Source: the human T2T-CHM13v2.0 reference genome, Homo sapiens. From it: a stretch of 64,000 nucleotides of DNA. Of the stretch, positions 58,810-64,000 are shown one piece after another. The notes beneath the pieces were generated by a model. The model saw only the letters and a list, made by a program, of their open reading frames with translations. It did no database searches and was not told the DNA's origin. Positions within the stretch are counted from its first letter, which is position 1. Every line of letters starts with the position of its first letter. The stretch lies in assembly GCF_009914755.1 (NCBI RefSeq), contig NC_060930.1. One strand, given 5' to 3'. The position numbers and the translations under genes were made by a program.

Positions 58810-59345
58810 ATCTGTTGCACTGGGCTCTCAAGGATTCCTCAGTTATGGGAAATTTTCTTAGATTATGTCACTAAGGATGTCTTTCCCTTAGTTTCTCTGT
58901 TTCTCCTGTTATTTAGATGTTGTTGTCTCTGCTGGAGTGGTCCTGTAGTTTTATTGCTTAGTTACTTGTAACTTTCCATCCTTTTGTTATTTTCTCTCTA
59001 CTTTGTGGACATTTCCTCAGCTTTATCTTCCAAATTTCCACTAAATTTTTTATTTCTGCTATCACATTTGATTTTTTAAGACCTGTCTCTTATTCTGTTT
59101 TTTTAAAAAACACTGTTCTGTTTTTGTTTCATCTCTGCAATATTTTTTCTTATCATTCACAGGATATGATAATAATGTGTTGTTATTTTTAAGCTTTCTT
59201 CACGCTATGTAGACTCAGCTTCCTTCAAGTCACTTTTTTATTTGTTTTGGCCTCTGTCTTTTGTGTTAGAAGCTTTCCTCAAATGTCTCATAATTCTCAG
59301 TTGTTTGCTTATTTTTAGGTGTGGAGATTTGTAAAGCTAGTTGGA
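58810..59345 (-). mobile_element. Ancient L1M internal fragment (antisense, T-rich)
   Basis: gggaaattttctt...tttcctcagctttatcttccaa...ttagaagctttcctcaaatgtct. Confidence 0.55.
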
Positions 59346-59347
59346 AG

Positions 59348-59656
59348 CTGTGTAGGTGTGTGACTATGTATGTGTAGGTATGTGTGTATATGTGAGTATG
59401 TATACGAGTGCATGCATGTGGGTGTGTGTGTGTGCATATGTGAGTGTGTATGTGTGTGTCTGTGTGTGCATGTGTGTGTGTATATGTGACTGTGTATGCT
59501 AGTGTATGTATGTGGGTGTGTAGGTGTGTGTGCGTATGTGTGTATGTGTGTGTGCATGTGTGTGTAGGTGTGTGTATATGTGATTGTGTATGTGAGTATA
59601 TGTATGTATGTGTGTAGATGTGTGTGCATATGTGAGTCTGTGTATGTGGGTGTGGT
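59348..59656. repeat. Degenerate (TG/TATG)n array, ~300 bp
   Basis: Direct reading. Confidence 0.92.
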
Positions 59657-59836
59657 TCTGTGAGCCTCACACTAGGGTGACCTGGCTGGGATGTTTCATT
59701 TTGCCCCCAGTGTTAGTGTCTTTGCTAACTTTGCTAAAGTGGAGATTCAGGAACAAGAAAATTAGATGTAAGAGTTCAGGCTGCCAATTTTTCCTGGAAG
59801 TCTTTTAATTTATTTTTAGATGCTTTTTTAATTTAA

Positions 59837-59990
59837 ATTTTTTATTTTTTAGAGCTGGGGGTCTCATTATGTCACCCTGGCTGGTGAGCAGGGGCTATAC
59901 ATAGGCACAGTCTTCATGCACTACAGCCTTGGACTCCTGCCTTAGCCTTCGGAGTAGCTGGGGCTACAGGTGTGCACCATTGTGCCCAGC
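59837..59990 (-). mobile_element. FAM (fossil Alu monomer)
   Basis: ggctatacataggcacag...gcactacagccttggactcctg retains the 7SL-like segment typical of FAM. Confidence 0.8.
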
Positions 59991-60218
59991 TATTATTATT
60001 ATTATCAATTCCATGTAATCATACTGAAAGAACAGATCAGGTATGCTCTGAAATTGAGTCAGTCTGGTTTACTGTGCCATTTCCATCCCCTAGCACAGGG
60101 CCTGGTATATAAGGAAGTATCAATAGATATTTACTAAATTTATGGATAAACAAACAAATAAGCTGCTTTCGTAGCCTTTATCATGTTAAAAATATTCCAC
60201 AATGATGTCAAGACTTCA

Positions 60219-60686
<468 letters not shown>

Positions 60687-61894
60687 TCATAAGGGGAAGT
60701 AAAGTCCAAAAATGCTTTGAGCAAATTTGGTTTTGTTGGCCTAGGTGTGTAGGGTCCACTTTTTGAATGTATAGGATTTTGCAGGTGAATTAGAAGCAAA
60801 TGATATGTGATTAGAGGCAAACCATTTACATTGCAGAGTTTTGCCTTTCCTTTCAGAAAAAATAAAGTTGAGCCAGATGAGCTCTCACTGCCTTCTTAGT
60901 CATGGAGTTTGATGATTCTAAGTCTTGAGGGGCTGGGGTGTGACTGGAGGGACGAGAGAGTAGTGAGTGAGGGCTGATTTTCAGGGACATGGATCCTAGG
61001 AGACAGGTAGGAAAGCGTGCTGGGAGAAGCAGTTTTCCCACAGCTAGAGAGGGTCAGGCCTCTGGGCATCTTTACCAGGCTTGAAATGACAGCACCTACA
61101 GCCCCAAATATTTCCTCTGCTCTCCCTCCATGCCAGTCGCTGTGTTTTCTACACATTGCCTGGTTGGATCCTTGCCACGGCCCTGTAGAGTTGGTGGTCT
61201 TATGATCCTCATTTCCCAGGTAAGGACACTGAGTCACAGAGAGGGGAATGTAATGTAGAGATTCCAAGGCAGTTTAATGCCACAGCAGCAAAAGGAAGAT
61301 GGCAAAGGAGAACGGAGGCCTGAAGGGGATACATTTCCCCTTGACAACATTTTATTGTAACAGTTGGGGATTGATGGGAGTATGTGTGAAAATGAGTCAG
61401 TGAGTGGTTTTCTGGTAGTTACTCCATGTAATATGGCTGACTGGCCAATGTTGTCCATTTAGTTATCAAAAAGTTGCCAAATTGTTAATAAACAAATGGA
61501 GAGCAAATAAAAGTTTCTCCTACAGAAGTTAAAATAGAGCTAGGGTCGACAGGAACATTCTGGGAATTGAACAAAGTAAGTGATTTTTCTGACTCACTCT
61601 GGGATGAATATTTTTTCAACCCCATTTGTTGAAAAAATGGTCTAAAACCCTATTGAGTAAGGCAGGACCCTCTGGGTGCCTCTGAGACCATCTGGGTGTA
61701 ATGACCAGGTGGGGGCTCTGGTCTCAATATGAACAGCAGAACATTCTGAACTTGAACCCCAACAGATTCTGATTTGAAACCTTGAAAGCATTTGACTGAA
61801 GTTCTGATATCTGCTTGCTTTTTGGTTCTTTCTTTCTTTGAGTACAGAAAGGAAATTTTGGTTTGTTGATTGTTCATTCTTGTATTCAAGCCAT

Positions 61895-62406
<512 letters not shown>

Positions 62407-62443
62407 ACCATTATTATTTTCATTCATAAAGAGTTTACAAGTA

Positions 62444-62760
62444 AACTGGGCATGGTGGCTCACACCTGTAATCCCGGCACTTTGGGAGGCCAACACAGGC
62501 AGATTGCTTGAGCCCCGGGGTTGGAGACCAACCTGGGCAAAATGGCTAAACCTTGTCTCTGCAAAACAAACAAACAAAATCACAAAAATTCGCCAGGCAT
62601 AGAGGCACATGCCTGTGGTCCCAGCTACCCAGGCAGCTGAGGTGCCCAGGAGGTCGAAGCTGCAGTAAGCTGAGATCATGCCACTGCGCTCCAGCCTGGT
62701 AAACAGGGCAAGACCCTGTCTCAAAAAACAAAAATAAAAACAAAAACAAAAAAAAAGAAA
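62444..62760 (+). mobile_element. AluJ
   Basis: Dimer with A-rich tail. Confidence 0.92.
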
Positions 62761-62872
62761 AGAAGTCTACATGTGGATGTCTATACCTGCAGGCCTGTAT
62801 TAGTCCTTAGGCTTGTATGGGGTAAGAGATCACTGAAAAATACACTCTCTCTGTGAATGCACTTGGAGAAAG

Positions 62873-62876
<4 letters not shown>

Positions 62877-62919
<43 letters not shown>
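62877..62919. repeat. Perfect (AC)n microsatellite, about 21 units
   Basis: Direct reading. Confidence 0.95.
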
Positions 62920-62921
<2 letters not shown>

Positions 62922-63194
62922 CTTTACAAAATTAAATACATCAGACAGCATTTGAGGCTGGATGAAGAGGTATAGACAGCTCATGCTGTAGGAGTTTAGG
63001 GGAGACTGCTGAGCAGAAGTGGTCTAAGAAGGCTTCATGTTTTAAGAGGCAAATCTTCACGGCTGGCACTGTATAGACCAGGATGAAGAAATGAGCAACC
63101 TGTGCTTGGGGCTGTCAGAAGACCTGGCTGGCTGGAGTGGGATGGATGTGTAAGGGGGCAGGGGAAAGAAGGGGCCACACACAATCATATTATG

Positions 63195-63395
63195 AATAAT
63201 AATGGGAATAGAAACTACCATTTGTTTGGTTCCTGCTATGCACAGGCCAGGTGCTCTTGCTACACCCTTTCCATATATTATCTCATTCAATCCTCACAAG
63301 AACCCTGTATAGGTATTATTAGCATGGGTTTTCAAGGAAACTCAGGTTTAGAGAGGTTGCATGACTTGCCCAGGGACAGATAGCTAGAAGTGGGG
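63195..63395 (-). mobile_element. MIR
   Basis: tctcattcaatcctcacaa...aggaaactcaggtttagagaggtt...gacttgcccagggacag. Confidence 0.8.
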
Positions 63396-63644
63396 AGATC
63401 CACAATCTGAATGAACAAATTACACGCACAGACACTGTCACAGACAGGCACACACACACAGAGCCCAGGCGCGGCCAAGACAGTTGTCTGTTTCACCTCA
63501 TCTGTGGCCCCACTCTCCTTTAGTTGAGTTAGGTGCTAGTTCTTTCCTTTGAGGGGTCCAGTGTGAAAAAGTGACCCTACTCCTCACCCCAACTCTGTCT
63601 TAAATGTCCCTGCAGCTTTAGTCCCCAGGCAGGCTCCCAAGAGG

Positions 63645-63792
63645 GCGGGGCCTGGTGCAGTGTTTAAGGAGGTACTCACTCTCAGGGCCTGCGCTGCACC
63701 TGCACGACCCTTATAAGAGTGAGCAGCTCCTTACTCCTTACATTTGGTCCTCGCCTAGCTGCCTCGCTTGCCTCTCCCTAGTTCTGACCCTG
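63645..63792. mobile_element. MER96 hAT MITE
   Basis: tttaaggaggtactcactctcaggg...gcacctgcacgaccct...gagtgagcagctcctta...gcctcgcttgcctctccctagttctgaccctg matches the remembered palindromic MER96 consensus. Confidence 0.8.
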
Positions 63793-64000
63793 GATGGGGC
63801 GAGGGTAGTGGTGCTTTGCAATGTGAGCCAAGAAGTCTCTTTCTCTTCCAAGGTCAGGCAGAGATTCCTGAGGCTGAAGCCATTGCTCTCCTTTCTGTAC
63901 TCAAATGAACAGTGTATTTCAGCATATTATCTGAATATTACTCAGATAATATTTCCACCACTCAAACCTACCCTTCTTCAGGGTCCTCCACAGTCCAGCC

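Noticed and set aside
63643-63720. GC box (GGGCGGGGC) plus TATAAGAG suggesting a promoter
   Set aside because: Lies in or at the edge of a MER96 MITE, with no CpG island or downstream exon evidence.

Overview
Human euchromatic non-coding DNA. It is Alu-rich, and an AluYb8 at 17913-18220 indicates human origin. I find no supportable intact protein-coding exon, CpG-island promoter, tRNA or CRISPR array. Long ORFs in the track come from Alus, L1, a GT-rich tandem repeat or chance. Two gene-derived features are present. The first is an old, frameshifted processed pseudogene of EXOSC8/RRP43 (minus strand, ~9802-11505), inserted into an ancient L1M and later hit by three Alus. The second is a 5'-truncated 5S rRNA retropseudogene (~58347-58492) inside an L1 ORF2 fragment. 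The remainder is ~30 Alus, two degraded L1 ORF2 blocks, MLT1 (MaLR) solo LTRs, hAT/Tigger MITEs, L2/MIR fragments and microsatellites, including a 1.36-kb complex (TG)-rich array. I cannot support a new biological system here. The most unusual signals are fossil repair/insertion scars: a ~143-bp direct repeat bracketing an L1, an unexplained 79-bp AT-rich element with inverted ends present twice, a fold-back templated patch replacing an Alu tail, and a locally templated insert in MER53. Several dense transcription-factor motif clusters look enhancer-like. Repeat subfamily names and parent-gene comparisons are from remembered consensus sequences, not database searches, and boundaries of old repeats are approximate.
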